From an uncultured Chloroflexia bacterium (GTDB lineage Bacteria > Chloroflexota > Limnocylindria > Limnocylindrales > CSP1-4): a stretch of 64,000 nucleotides of DNA. The stretch is from positions 2,208,001 through 2,272,000 of the forward strand of contig CAWHDR010000001.1 in the NCBI GenBank assembly GCA_963828165.1. Reading direction: 5' to 3'. The first letter of the stretch is position 1, and each line of letters begins with the position of its first letter. A model generated the notes under the pieces. The model worked only from the letters and a program-made list of their open reading frames with translations. It was not told the origin of the DNA and did no database searches. The position numbers and the translations under genes were made by a program. Shown here piece after piece: positions 28,051 to 41,760 of this stretch.

Positions 28051-30804
28051 ATGCCCCTCGAGGAATACCGTCGCAAGCGCGACTTCGGCAAGACCCCGGA
28101 GCCGGCGCCGGCCGACCCCCCCGGCACGACCGGGCGGTTCGTCGTCCAGCGCCACCGCGCGACCCGGCTGCATTACGACTTCCGCCTCGAGATCGAGGGC
28201 GTGCTTGTGAGCTGGGCCGTCCCGAAGGGGCCCAGCCTCGACTGCAAGACCCGGCGCATGGCGATCCACGTCGAGGACCACCCGATCGAATACTTCGATT
28301 TCGAAGGGATCATCCCGGCGAAGCAATACGGTGCGGGCGACGTCATCGTCTGGGACTGGGGGACGTGGGAGCCGGAGGCGCCCACGCTCGATCCGGGGAA
28401 GGCGATCGACGACGGTGAGCTGAAGTTCCGGATCGCCGGCGAGAAGGTCAAGGGCCGGTTCACGATCGTCCGGACGAGCCGGCGTCCAGGCTCTGAGCCC
28501 ACGCGCGCTTTCGAGAAGGACGAGGGCGAGCAGTGGCTGCTCATCCACAAGTGCGACGAGCATTCCGAGCCCGGCTGGGACGCGGAGGACTACCCGAAGA
28601 GCGTCAAGACCGGCCGCACCAACGACGAGGTCAAGGCCCAGCGCGAGGCCATCTGGATCAGCGAATCGCCCGCCGCGACCGCGGAGATCGATCTGGCGGG
28701 TGCAAAGAAGGCATCGATGCCCAAGCACATCGAGCCGATGCTGGCCACGCTTGCGACCAAGCCGTTCGACGATGACGACTGGTTATTCGAGATCAAGTGG
28801 GACGGCTTCCGCGTCCAGGCGGTCGTTGACGATGGCAAGGTCAAGATCTGGACGCGCAGCCTCAAGGACGCGGAGATGTACTTCCCGAACCTGCTGAGCC
28901 CGCCACGCTGGATCGAGGCGAAGCAGGCGATCGTCGACGGGGAGGTGGTCGCGCTCGACGAGGCAGGCCGGCCGGACTTCAGCCTGCTGCAGACCAAGCT
29001 TGGGAACAAGACCGGCAGCGGGCTGGTGTACCAGCCGTTCGACCTGCTGTACCTCGACGGACGCTCGCTGCTGCAGGTCCCCCTCGAGGATCGCAAGCGG
29101 CTGCTCCGGAGCGTGCTGAATGAGCATCCGCGGGTGCGCTACGCCGCCCATGTCGAACGCGAGGGCAAGGCGTTCTTCGCGGCGGCCGAGGCGAATGGGC
29201 TCGAGGGCATCATCGCCAAGCTGCGCCGCTCGCCGTACGAACCGGGCAAGCGCACACCGGCCTGGCTCAAGTTCAAGATCCGCCCAGAGCAGGAGCTCGT
29301 GGTGGGTGGCTGGACCCCGGGGAGCGGCAACGCCAAGGACCTCGGTGCCGTGGCGGTCGGCGTGTACGACGGTGCCAAGCTACGGTTCGCCGGGAAAGTC
29401 GGGAGCGGCTTCACGGCCGGGATCCGGCGCGAGCTCCTGGATCGTCTCAAGCCGCTGGCCCAGGACGAACCTGCCGTTCGATCCGCCGCCGCCCAAGGAC
29501 TACAAGGGTCGTTGGGGCGGGGAGCTCAACGACGTCACGTGGGTCCGGCCGGAGCTCGTGATCCGGGCCGAGCTCGGAGGCTGGACGCGTGATGGCGTCG
29601 TCCGCCAGGCCGCCTACAAGGGTATCGAGCCCGGGCGCGACCCGAAGACCGTCGTTCATGAAACCCCGGTCAGTACGACCAGCGCGGTCCGTGCCGCCGA
29701 ATCGGAGGTGCCACCCATGCCCGAGTCGAAGACGAAGTCAGCGGGTCGTCCACGGGTGGCGCGACGTCGAAATCGTCATCGAACACGACATCGAAGTCGA
29801 AGAAGGCGGCCGGTGGCGCCTCGGGTCGTGTCGCCTCCCCGTTCCATGGCGCCACGCCCGAGGAGCTCGCGGCCCTCGATGCCCTCGACAAGGAAGGTGT
29901 CTGGCGGATCGATGGCCGCGACCTGAAGGTCACCAACCTCGACAAGGCGCTGTTCAAGCCGCGCCCACCGGACGACGACCCGATCACCAAGCGCGAGCTG
30001 ATCCGCTTCTACGCCACGATCGCGCCGACGATCCTGCCGCACCTCAAGGACCGGCCGCTCAACCTGAATCGATTTCCGAACGGTCCAGAAGGGCCCAGTT
30101 TCTGGCAGAAGAACATCAAGGAAACCGACCCGAAGTGGCTGACCCGCTGGCACGAAACCGGTGTCGACGGTCGCACCGACCGCGACGCCAACGACCACCT
30201 CATCGCCGACGGGCCCGCCGCCCTGGCGTGGCTGGCGAACCAGGCGAGCTTCGAGATCCATGCCTGGACCGGAAAACTGCCCGATCCGTGGCAGCCGGCC
30301 TTCGCCTACATCGACATCGATCCGGGCGAGAAGACCACGTGGGACGACACGCTGGTCCTCGCGCGGCTGTACCGCGCCGCGCTCGAACACCTCGGCGTCC
30401 GCGGCTACCCCAAGACCACCGGCAAGCGCGGCATCCAGATCTGGATCCCGATCGAGCCCAAGTACGACTTCCATGAGACGAGCTCCTGGGTGGAGCGCGT
30501 CAGCCGGGCGGTCGGCTCGACGGTCCCGGATCTGATCTCCTGGGAATGGTCGACGAAGAACCGCGGGGGCAAGGCCCGACTCGACTACACGCAGAACGCG
30601 AGCATCAAGACGCTCGTGGCGCCCTATTCCGTGCGCCCGGCCGCCGGTGCCCCGGTATCGACGCCGATCAGCTGGGACGAGCTCGACGACCCCGACATCC
30701 GCCCCGACCGCTGGACGATCCGCGACCTGCCCGCCCGCGTCGCGAAGGTCGGCGACCTGTTCGCGGCCGCGCAGACCGACCTGCAGGAACTGCCACCGGT
30801 CTGA
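28051..30804 (+). CDS. ligD: DNA ligase D (phosphoesterase-ligase-polymerase) with two apparent compensating frameshifts (~29470, ~29745)
   Basis: YRRKRDFGKTPEP and HYDFRLE (PE); EIKWDGFR, EGIIAK (ligase); TNLDK, KTTGKRG, LDYTQN (polymerase); frames 1 to 2 to 1. Confidence 0.88.
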
Positions 30805-30852
30805 GTCGCCCGTGCAAGACGGCGGACGGCCGTGCCATGGGAACATGGGCGC

Positions 30853-32091
30853 ATGACGACGGACGAGATCACGCTCCGCAGCCCCGCGCCCGATGAGATG
30901 CGGGCATTCTTCCAGCCGATCGCGGATGCGTTCAGCGAGGACCTGAGCGAGCCCGAATTCGACACCGAGCGCCGGCTCCTCGAGCCCGAGCGGTGCGTCA
31001 GCGCCTTCGAGGGCGACAAGCGGGTCGGCAGCTCGGCCGCCTACTCGTTCCGGCTGACGGTTCCGGGGGGCGAGGTTGGTGCCGCCGGGATCACCGGTGT
31101 CGGTGTCCTGCCCGACCACCGTCGCCGCGGGATCCTGCGGCAGATGATGACGTGGCTGCACGACGACGCCATCCGTCGTGGCGAGGCGGTCGCGGTTCTC
31201 GGGGCGTCGGAGGGGGCGATCTATCAGCGCTTCGGGTACGGGCAAGGCACGACGGCGTCCACGTTCAGCATCGATCCGGCCCGTGCCCGCTTCCGCGACC
31301 CCGTGCCGCCGGACCCGTCCCGTCGGATCCGGATGGTGGACGAGGCCGAGGCCGCCCGGCTCTTCCCGGTGGTCTACGACGCGGTCCGAGGCGACCTCCC
31401 GGGGGCTGTCGATCGGTCGGCGCTCAAGTGGCAGCTCTACATGATCGGAGACGCCGACTGGATGCGACACGGAGGCGGACCGAAGTATCGGGCCGTGCTC
31501 GAAGTCGATGGCGAGGCGCGCGGCTACACGATCTATCGAGTGAAGAGCGACTGGGGGCCGACGGGTCCGGCCTCGACGCTGCGGGTGCTCGAGGTGTCCG
31601 GCCTCGATCCGACGGCGGAGCAGGCGCTCTGGGAGTGGCTGTTCGCGATGGATCTCATCGGGACGATCACCGCGTGGCGCTCGCCGGTGCCGCATCCCTT
31701 GCAGCAGTGGCTCCTGGAGCCGCGTCGCCTGGCGCTCACGGTCCTCGACGGCATGTGGCTGCGGATCCTGGACGTGCCGGCGGCGTTGAGCGCCCGCACG
31801 TACGCCGGTTCCGGCACGCTCGTGCTGGACATCGCGGATCCCCTGATCGAATCGAACGCGGGTCGATGGCAGCTCGCGGTGAAGGAGGGCTCCGCGACGG
31901 TCACGCGGACGAGAGCGGAGGCCGACTTCGAGATCGACGTCGCGGCCCTCGCCTCGACCTACCTCGGCGCCTTCCGCTTCGGCGACCTGGCCACGGCGGG
32001 TAGAGTCCGCGAATGCCAGCCCGGCAGCCTCCAGAAGGCGGACATGCTGTTCACCCCGTCCCGTGCTCCCTGGGCGTCGACCCCGTTCTGA
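30853..32091 (+). CDS. Eis-like GNAT acetyltransferase with C-terminal SCP2-like domain
   Basis: VGVLPDHRRRG, ASEGAIYQRFGYG, WLRILDVPAALSARTY, terminal Phe. Confidence 0.9.
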   Translation: MTTDEITLRSPAPDEMRAFFQPIADAFSEDLSEPEFDTERRLLEPERCVSAFEGDKRVGSSAAYSFRLTVPGGEVGAAGITGVGVLPDHRRRGILRQMMTWLHDDAIRRGEAVAVLGASEGAIYQRFGYGQGTTASTFSIDPARARFRDPVPPDPSRRIRMVDEAEAARLFPVVYDAVRGDLPGAVDRSALKWQLYMIGDADWMRHGGGPKYRAVLEVDGEARGYTIYRVKSDWGPTGPASTLRVLEVSGLDPTAEQALWEWLFAMDLIGTITAWRSPVPHPLQQWLLEPRRLALTVLDGMWLRILDVPAALSARTYAGSGTLVLDIADPLIESNAGRWQLAVKEGSATVTRTRAEADFEIDVAALASTYLGAFRFGDLATAGRVRECQPGSLQKADMLFTPSRAPWASTPF

Positions 32092-32495
32092 CGGGGAAGG
32101 GGATCGACGATCTCGGCGGATCTGATCATGCTGCCGCGCATGGGCCACGTGGCATAGCGCCGAGCCCTTCGCGGCTTCGTCTGGGCCGGGTCGACGGACC
32201 GACACAAGGCAGCCTCGGATGGCGTCGGCTCCGCGAATCATGAGCACTGCGGGCTTCTGGTGGGCGAACGCAAGGCTGATGTAAGAGTCGATCCGAACCT
32301 GTCCCCCGCAACCTTCGTATCAATTCGTCCAGACTGCCCTCACAACACGGGCAGCCTTCGACGGGACCTCAAGGACCCGCCTCGACTGCGGCTCGGTCCG
32401 CGGAATGGACCGAACCAAATGCTGGACGTGTCGTCCCCCAGCTGGTCGACGCACCGTAGCCGACTGCGGCTGCCCCGAACCTGGAGGACGCACCA

Positions 32496-33013
32496 ATGCG
32501 TCGATTCGTACCGCTCCTGATCGGAGCATTACTGTTGGCCTTCGTCCTGCCCGGCGCGGTCGCGGCGAAGCCGCCGACGACCCATCCGGTCACCGTCCCG
32601 GTCACGGGCGTCTCGGACACGGGCGATACCCTCGCCGGTACCTTCGAGATCACCCGCTTCGAGCGCAGGGTGGCGAGCTCGTCGCCGTCGGCAACCTGAC
32701 CGGCACGCTGACGACCGTCGCCGGGACGACTACCGCAGTCAGCGAGAGCCTGGCTCTGCCGGTTGCGATCACGGGCACATGCGCGATCCTGGATCTGACG
32801 CTCGGGCCGCTAGATCTCGATCTGTTGGGTCTCGTGATCCATCTCGATGTCGTCCACCTGACCATCGATGCCGAGTCGGGCCCCGGCAACCTGTTGGGCA
32901 ACCTGCTGTGCGCGATCGTCGGCTTGCTGGACGGTGCCGGCCCGCTTAGCGCGATCGCCGCGCTCCTGAACAGGATCCTTGCCATCCTGCAGTCGATCCC
33001 GCTCCCTGTGTAA
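32496..33013 (+). CDS. Secreted Leu-rich hypothetical protein (apparent frameshift ~32663)
   Basis: GGAGG RBS and signal peptide; continues in another frame as CAILDLTLGPLDLDLLGL...GNLLGNLLCA. Confidence 0.7.
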
Positions 33014-33028
33014 CCCGTAGCGTTATTG

Positions 33029-33068
33029 ACGGTGCCGCGTCCCTCTGGGGCCGGCACCGTTTTCATTT
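33029..33068 (+). terminator. Rho-independent terminator between convergent genes
   Basis: ACGGTGCCG...CGGCACCGT stem followed by TTTCATTT. Confidence 0.7.
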
Positions 33069-33079
33069 GCCCGCGAGCT

Positions 33080-33704
33080 TCAAGCCAGCCCGATCACCCC
33101 GAGGAGCGGCTCGCCGGTCGACTGGCGGAATCCGACGGTCGAAAGGTGAAGTGCGATGTCGTCGCGATCCGGCCAGTTCGGGTCGTAGACGCGGACCGTG
33201 GTGGGGCCCGTCGAGACCTTCGGTCTCGTAGGCGAAGGCCAGGACCTGGTGGTCTCGATCGAGGTGCATCGGGTTCATGCCGTGATGCCGGATGAGGCCG
33301 ACCATCGCGAGCTTGCCAGCATCGATCTCGGCGCGGATCCGCGGCCACTCCGCCTCGACGGTCCGGCGCGCCAGGGCGGCCGGGTTCATCGACGCGGCGC
33401 GCCAGAAGCGCAGCGGGATGCGCATGAAGTCGAGCGACAGGATCTGACGCCGGACGATCGCCTTGAACAACGGGGAGCCGTTAGCCGGGGCAGTCACGTC
33501 GGCCGGGATCGGCTGGCCGGCCCCAAAGCGTTCGCGCACGAACCAACTCATCCCACCGCACAGGCCTGCCTTCGCGTCGCCCACGCCGACCAACCGGGGG
33601 TCGAGGAGGCCGAGGCGGATCGTCGGTCCGGGCTCCCAGCGGTTCGCGAAATGGAGGCCGTTGGTGCTCGGAAGGAATCCAGCGACGGCATTGGATTCGG
33701 TCAT
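33080..33704 (-). CDS. Hypothetical protein, papain-like fold candidate (apparent frameshift ~33205)
   Basis: GLCGGM, DHQVLA and, after removing one C from a homopolymer, VRVYDPNWP. Confidence 0.6.
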
Positions 33705-33740
33705 GTCGACGAGTATCCCCCGGACGCCGCGAGCTGGGAC

Positions 33741-35633
33741 CTAATCGTCGCTCGTGGGGGACTCAGCAGGCGTCGGCTCCGACGACGGCAAGGACGGGGG
33801 CGGAGAGGCGATCACTCCGAAGGACTCGGTCGTCGCGCCCGTGGCGGCGGGGACCTCGACTGGCGTCTCCACCGGGCTGACGGCCGGGGCCGCATCCTTG
33901 CCCACGGTCACCCGGATGATCGGCGGTTCGACGCCGCGCGCCGTCAGCGATCCAGCCTCCGGCGTGAGGATGTCCAGGATCAGCAGGTAGTCACCCGCGA
34001 CACTCGGGGCGAACAGCCGAAGGTTGGGCCTGGCGACCGCTCCTGGCTTGAAGCCAGCCGGCAGCTCGGCGGAGGTGACTGAGGCAGCGTTTGCTGCGTC
34101 TTCCTGCGCCGGGTCATCCAACGGACCCAAGGCGACCCACGTGCCAGTCATCCGGGCGCTCTCGCCGGGCACGCTGCCCTCCGGATCCCGAGGATCGTCG
34201 AAGGCGACATGACCCCAGGTCTGCCGTCCGAGATTGGCGACGGGGACCTGCAGGTCCACGGCGGCGCCCGGCGCGAGGGCGAGCAAGGCCGGGGCGTCGA
34301 AGCCGGCGTCGAGGTCACCCGTCACCCGGAAGATGAGCGAGGGGACCTGGGCCTGGGTCACGGGGTCGTAGGCCACGCCGTCTTCGTCGTGCAGCGTCAC
34401 CGTCAAGCGGTACCGCCCGGGCGCGGTCGGCGTGGCCACGTGGACCGCCATCTGCCCTCGGCCGATCTTCAGGGTCGCGGGCGCGATGACGTCGCCGATC
34501 CGCTCCGGGGTGATGAGTCCGAAGTCCGGTGTCACGACCTCAGGGACGGGCCGGTCCGCCTCCGGGGAAGGGTCGCCGAGATCGACGGCGGGCTGGATCA
34601 GGTCCCAGCGAGCGCTGGCCTGGAGCTTCTTGGGCAGCTTGTCGCGATCATCGATCTTGAATGGGATCCGGTAGTTGATCCTGCCACCCGCGACGGTGGA
34701 GCCCTGGAAGCTGGGGACGCCGATCGCGATGCCGCTGCCGGCCAGGGTCGGGACGAGCGCCGCAGCGTCCGCCGGTGTCTGGGCCGCCGCAGCACTCAGT
34801 GCGCTGCCGCGAGCGTTGCGCAGCACGTCGGCCGAGGCGAGCCCCTTCTTCAGGACGATCGACCGCGAGAACCCGGAGTTGCTCCGCTCGGGATCCATCT
34901 GCGCCACGTAGCCGTTGCTGCGTGAGCTCTCGAACGCGAAGGCGTTGTGGTTGGCGGTCGGCGCTCCGCGCCAGGCCGCCTCGATCGAGCGCTGCCCGGC
35001 CAGCACGGTCCGGACCATGTGATTCGGGCTGGCGTAGGCCTCCGCGATGACGGCTGCGGCGCCGGCCTTGATGAAGCCGGCCGCGAAGTTGTCGACCCGC
35101 TGGCGGGCCATGGCCAGGGTGCCCTCGGCGACCCCCGGCTCGCTGTTGCCAGACGCGTAGCACAGGTGGTTCAGGAGCACGACCGCGTTCTTGGCGAGAC
35201 GGACGTCAGAGGCGATCGGCCCCTCCCCGAAGTACTGATGCGTGGCGTCGTTGCCGCCGGGGCTCGGGTTCAGCCCGAAACCGTTCTGTGTCGGCGGGTA
35301 GAGGCTGTCGCGGTACTGGCTCGGCCAGCCGTTGCCGTGGCCCATGTAGATGACGAGGCTGGCACCCTGCAGTGCCTTCCGGACCGCCGGCCACGTGGCG
35401 TTGGGCGAATAGATCTCCGTGACGTCCGGGGTGTACTGGCGGGCGAGCCGCGCGGCCGCGCGTGCCTCCGTGCGATACCGGGTCGTGGCCGCGCCCGACG
35501 GTCCGACCACCACGACGACCCTGGGGACGGCCCGGCCCTGAGCCGGGGCGGCCGCTGCCACGGGCGCGATGAAGCTCGCGACGAGCAGCGATGCAAGGAC
35601 GGCGATGAGGGCGCGTCTCACAACAGGCGGCAC
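33741..35633 (-). CDS. Secreted hypothetical protein with caspase/gingipain-like N-terminal domain and Ig-like C-terminal domains
   Basis: Signal peptide; VIYMGHGNG and LNHLCYASG suggest a His-Cys dyad. Confidence 0.6.
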   Translation of the reverse strand: MPPVVRRALIAVLASLLVASFIAPVAAAAPAQGRAVPRVVVVVGPSGAATTRYRTEARAAARLARQYTPDVTEIYSPNATWPAVRKALQGASLVIYMGHGNGWPSQYRDSLYPPTQNGFGLNPSPGGNDATHQYFGEGPIASDVRLAKNAVVLLNHLCYASGNSEPGVAEGTLAMARQRVDNFAAGFIKAGAAAVIAEAYASPNHMVRTVLAGQRSIEAAWRGAPTANHNAFAFESSRSNGYVAQMDPERSNSGFSRSIVLKKGLASADVLRNARGSALSAAAAQTPADAAALVPTLAGSGIAIGVPSFQGSTVAGGRINYRIPFKIDDRDKLPKKLQASARWDLIQPAVDLGDPSPEADRPVPEVVTPDFGLITPERIGDVIAPATLKIGRGQMAVHVATPTAPGRYRLTVTLHDEDGVAYDPVTQAQVPSLIFRVTGDLDAGFDAPALLALAPGAAVDLQVPVANLGRQTWGHVAFDDPRDPEGSVPGESARMTGTWVALGPLDDPAQEDAANAASVTSAELPAGFKPGAVARPNLRLFAPSVAGDYLLILDILTPEAGSLTARGVEPPIIRVTVGKDAAPAVSPVETPVEVPAATGATTESFGVIASPPPSLPSSEPTPAESPTSDD

Positions 35634-35786
35634 TCCTGTGACGTCATGGTTCGGAGCCTAACCCAAGCGGATGCACCCGCACCATACCTCCAAGGCGTTA
35701 TCTGGGCCTTAACGGTTCACGAATCGCGGAAATGGTGCCGAGGCGCACCATCGGGCGGATCTCGGCGTTCGACGTACCATCGGACC

Positions 35787-37840
<2,054 letters not shown>

Positions 37841-37854
<14 letters not shown>

Positions 37855-39163
37855 CGCGGTGACTCCGCGGCCGGCCGCGACGGTCGTGCTCGTGCGTCCG
37901 GCGGCCGATGGGCTCGAGGTCCTCCTGACGCACCGACCGGCGACGATGGCGTTCGCCCCGGACATGCATGTCTTTCCTGGTGGGCGCGTGGATGCGGCGG
38001 ATGCGGACCCGGCCCTGACGGCGCGGTCGGTCTTGTCGGCAGCGGAGGCGGCAGAGCGGCTCGGCGGCGATCTCGAGCCGACGGCCGCGCTGGCAGCTCA
38101 CGTCGCGGCGATCCGAGAGGCCTTCGAGGAGGTCGGCGTGCTGCTGGCGGATGTCGGGCCCGGCGCGGACCTGGTCGCCGCTCGGTCGCGGCTGCTCGCG
38201 GATCCGGGCGCCTTCCCTTCCGTTGCCAATTCGCTCGACTTGCGGCTCAGGACGGATCTGCTCGTGCCGCTGTCGCGGTGGGTGACGCCGCCCTCGATGC
38301 CGCGGCGGTTCGACGCCCGCTTCTTCGCCGGCGCGTTCCCAGAGGGCGCGGCGGTGACCCTGGTCGGGGACGAGGTCCTGGCGCAGGCCTGGCACCGGCC
38401 GATCGATGCGCTCGAATCGATGGCGGCGGGTGACCTTGGCATGTGGCTGCCGACCTCGACGACGCTCATGCAGCTGGTGCACGCACGCTCGATCGAAGAG
38501 ATCGCGGAGCGTCTGGCGCCTGGTCCGCTCGGCGAGGTCGTGGACGAGGTGGTGGCCACCGATGTCATCCGGATCGAAATGCCGGCCGGTGGCGGGGTCG
38601 CCGGCCAGCCCGTCAACGCCTACCTGGTCGGTCGCGCGGGGTTCGTGCTCGTGGATCCAGGCGACCCCACGGGAGAGGCGCTGGATCGGGCGCTCGAGGT
38701 GGCCGCCGAGCATGGCGGGCGGATCGTGGCGATCGCGCTGACCCACGCCGATCCCGACCACGCGGCCGGCGCCGAGGCCGTCGCAGAACAGCTCGGCATC
38801 CCGGTGATCGTGGGCCCGGGCGGTGGACGGCACCTACCGTACGAGACGCGCGAAGTCCGCGATGGCGAGGTCATCGATGTGGGAGACGTGGCGCTGCGGG
38901 TGGTCGCGACACCAGGCCCACGGCCGGACCACGTGGCGTACGTCGTGGGCAACGGGACTGATGTCATCGCCGGCGATCTCGACGGCGTTCGCGGGGAGCG
39001 GTCGATCCTCGCGCCGCCGGACGACGCCGCGTGGCAGCGGTCCGCGTCAGCACTCCGGTCCGTTGCCCCAGATGCGAGGTGGCTCCCAGGCCACGGTGCC
39101 GTCGGCGACCGACCTATGCCCGATCGACCGGCAATGACGACGCCAGGTTCCGGAGCAGGTTGA
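37841..39163 (+). CDS. NUDIX hydrolase / metallo-beta-lactamase-fold fusion
   Basis: PRPAATVVL, VFPGGRVD, AIREAFEEVG, RRFDARFF; MBL part LVDPG, THADPDH. Confidence 0.82.
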
Positions 39164-39716
39164 GGCCCTCGTCGACCTGTTCGGTCGTCGCATACGGTCC
39201 GGGCATCAGGAAGCACGGGCGGCCGGCCATCGCGACGCCCATCAGCTGACCCCACGGCTCCTCGAGGTCACGTCCCGCGGCGATCGTCGCGGCGCGCTTG
39301 TAGATGAACACGACGGCAGCGGGCCGCCAGAGCGCGATCTTCTGCCAGAGCGGCCCGACGCCCGCGGTGAGGTCGGCATCGCTGGCCTCGTCGTGTGGGC
39401 TCGGGGTCTTGAGCAGGTCGGTGATGCCGTGGCCGGCCGCCAGGAGGGCGTCGTCGGCCGTCTCGACATCCGTCCCCGCCGGCAGGATCTCGGCCAGCAT
39501 CAGCCGGCGCCAGAACGTCCGCCCGAGGCGACCCTGGTGGTAATGCCCGGCCTCGACGCTGCCCGGTGACGGATTGAGCCCGACGAACAGCAGCCGATCG
39601 CGGAGCGGTGGCAGGTCCGCGAGCGTGTCGACCGGGCGGCCGTCGACCAGCGTGGTCGTGACGTGCGGTCCCGGATCGGGTCGGCGGGTGATCGCCTCGA
39701 GCTCGTCCGGCGTCAC
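39114..39716 (-). CDS. mug: Mismatch-specific uracil-DNA glycosylase family protein (MUG/TDG)
   Basis: LLFVGLNPS...GHYH...FWRRL, GITDL. Confidence 0.8.
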   Translation of the reverse strand: MTPDELEAITRRPDPGPHVTTTLVDGRPVDTLADLPPLRDRLLFVGLNPSPGSVEAGHYHQGRLGRTFWRRLMLAEILPAGTDVETADDALLAAGHGITDLLKTPSPHDEASDADLTAGVGPLWQKIALWRPAAVVFIYKRAATIAAGRDLEEPWGQLMGVAMAGRPCFLMPGPYATTEQVDEGLNLLRNLASSLPVDRA

Positions 39717-39792
39717 GGCAAGGATGGGTGGTCAGTGGCGGCCCGGTGGTCGGCGGCGGCCAGGCGACGCGGCATCAACGAGCGCCTGTCGG

Positions 39793-40005
39793 TCAGACGG
39801 GGCCGTCGGGCTTGGCCGGCTCGTCTGGTGGGATCGGCTCGCCGGCGGCACGTGCCTGGATCTCGGCCTGCGCTTTGCCCGCTTCGGACTTGGCCTCGCG
39901 GACACCGCGTCCGAGCGCCTCCCCGAGCTTGGGCAGCGTCTTGGGGCCGCGCCACAGGAGCACGAGGACGAGGATGACCACGAGGACGATGGCGAGATCC
40001 TGCAT
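39793..40005 (-). CDS. tatA: Twin-arginine translocase TatA/E subunit
   Basis: TM helix followed by GPKTLPKLGEALGRGVREAK amphipathic helix; TACCAT-N6-ATG. Confidence 0.85.
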   Translation of the reverse strand: MQDLAIVLVVILVLVLLWRGPKTLPKLGEALGRGVREAKSEAGKAQAEIQARAAGEPIPPDEPAKPDGPV

Positions 40006-40071
40006 GCGCCGATGGTACTCGCCCCGGGTGTGGCCGGGCGCTCAGCAGCCCGCCGGGTATCGTGGCACGCG

Positions 40072-41760
40072 ATGCTCCTCGTGTTCGGACCCCGCTCCGC
40101 CGACTTCGACTTCGGGCCTGGTCACCCGCTGACGCCGCGGCGTTTCGGACCGGGGATCGATCTGCTGCGCGCCCTGGGGGCAGAACCGGGGATCGCACCG
40201 GAGCCGGCCGCCGACGAGGAGCTGTTGTGGTGCCACACCCAGCGGTACCTGGACGCGGTCAGGCGGTTCTCTGTCGACCCGTTCGGGTTCCCGGAGGCCG
40301 GCATCGGCGAAGGTGGCGACTGCCCGCCGTTCGCGGGCATGCACGAAGCATCGGCGGCGGTGGCCGGTGGGTCGCTACGGGCGGTCGAGGCGATCCTGCG
40401 CGGGGACGTGGAACACGCGCAGCACCCGGGTGGCGGCCTGCATCACGCGATGCCGGCGCGGGCGTCGGGGTTCTGCATCTACGACGACCCGGCCCTCGCG
40501 ATCGCCCGCGCGCGACGAGACGGGCTGCGGGTGATGTACATCGACCTGGACGTGCATCACGGCGATGGGGTGCAGGCCATCCATTGGGACGATCCTGGCG
40601 TGCTCACGGTCTCCTTCCACGAGACGGGTCGGGCTTTGTTCCCTGGGACCGGCGACGTCGACGAGGTGGGGGAGGGCGTCGCGGCTGGGACCAGCGTCAA
40701 CGTGCCCCTTCCACCCGGGACCGGCGAGCGGGCGTGGCTCGCGGCCGTCGAGCTCCTGCTCCCCGAGCTGGCGGCCACGTTCGCGCCCGACCTCATCGTG
40801 TCCCAGCACGGCGCCGATTCGCACGCCTGGGATCCGCTCGCCCACCTGAACGTGACCACGACCGCCCACGGCGCGGCGGCGCGCCTCGTGGACACGTTGG
40901 CGCACCGGCATGCCGGGGGCCGCTGGCTCGCCACGGGCGGTGGCGGATACGACGCGTACCGCGTGGTGCCGCGGACCTGGGCCCTGACCTGGCTTGCCGG
41001 GGCGCATCGCGAGATCCCGGAGGCGACACCCGTCGCCTGGCGCGAGCGATGGGCGACCGAGGCGGCACGGTACGGGCAGGCGCCGCTCCCCGAGGGGTTC
41101 GACGACGAGCCCAATGCCGGGCTCGAGTTCGACGCCGCGCAGGCGGCCGTGGAGGAGGTGGCGAGCGGGGTCGCGGCGCTCGTCCGGCGCGTGCTGGTGC
41201 CGCGGCTCGTGCACGTCGGCCACGACCGCGGATGGTGGGATCCGCTCGCGCCTTCCCACGGGACCATGTCGGGAGCGGGGCCCGTTAGCGGGACGCCGAC
41301 GATCCTCCCCGAGATCGACGCCGCGACCTGGTCGGGCCTGTCGCTGGCGCCAAGGGTCATCGCGCCGGCGGATCCGAGGGCTGCCCACGGACTCGTCCTG
41401 GCTGGCCTCGCCGACGGCGCCCGGGTCACCGTCGCGGTGATCGGACCGCGGGTCGTCGGGCTCGCGATCTCCCGGGTCGATGGCGAGTCCGAAGAGCTCC
41501 TGGCCCTCGGCGTAGAGCCCTCGCATCGTCGTCACGGCCTGGCCGGCAAGCTCCTCGAGGCGCACTCGGCCGCCGATCGCGCGAGCACCGCAGAGGTCGC
41601 CCTGGCCGAGCGCGACGTCGTCGACCCGCTGGATCGTGCGGACCGCGCGTCGATCGCCCGCCGGCTGCTTGAACGGGCCGGCTACCGCGTGGTGTCGGCC
41701 GCCGGGGCGATCCGATCGGTGGATCCATCCGCGATCGTGGCCGGGCGGGGGCCGGCGTGA
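40072..41760 (+). CDS. acuC: AcuC-like zinc-dependent deacetylase fused to a C-terminal GNAT-like domain
   Basis: GPGHPL, GGLHHA, SGFCIY, DLDVHHGDG, GADSH, GGGGY; C-terminal LGVEPSHRRHGLA acetyl-CoA motif A. Confidence 0.85.
   Translation: MLLVFGPRSADFDFGPGHPLTPRRFGPGIDLLRALGAEPGIAPEPAADEELLWCHTQRYLDAVRRFSVDPFGFPEAGIGEGGDCPPFAGMHEASAAVAGGSLRAVEAILRGDVEHAQHPGGGLHHAMPARASGFCIYDDPALAIARARRDGLRVMYIDLDVHHGDGVQAIHWDDPGVLTVSFHETGRALFPGTGDVDEVGEGVAAGTSVNVPLPPGTGERAWLAAVELLLPELAATFAPDLIVSQHGADSHAWDPLAHLNVTTTAHGAAARLVDTLAHRHAGGRWLATGGGGYDAYRVVPRTWALTWLAGAHREIPEATPVAWRERWATEAARYGQAPLPEGFDDEPNAGLEFDAAQAAVEEVASGVAALVRRVLVPRLVHVGHDRGWWDPLAPSHGTMSGAGPVSGTPTILPEIDAATWSGLSLAPRVIAPADPRAAHGLVLAGLADGARVTVAVIGPRVVGLAISRVDGESEELLALGVEPSHRRHGLAGKLLEAHSAADRASTAEVALAERDVVDPLDRADRASIARRLLERAGYRVVSAAGAIRSVDPSAIVAGRGPA

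Noticed and set aside
32101-32294. Possible further hairpin element (GGATCGAC...GTCGATCC)
   Set aside because: Only 8 bp of terminal complementarity plus weak inner matches; not distinguishable from chance at this GC content.
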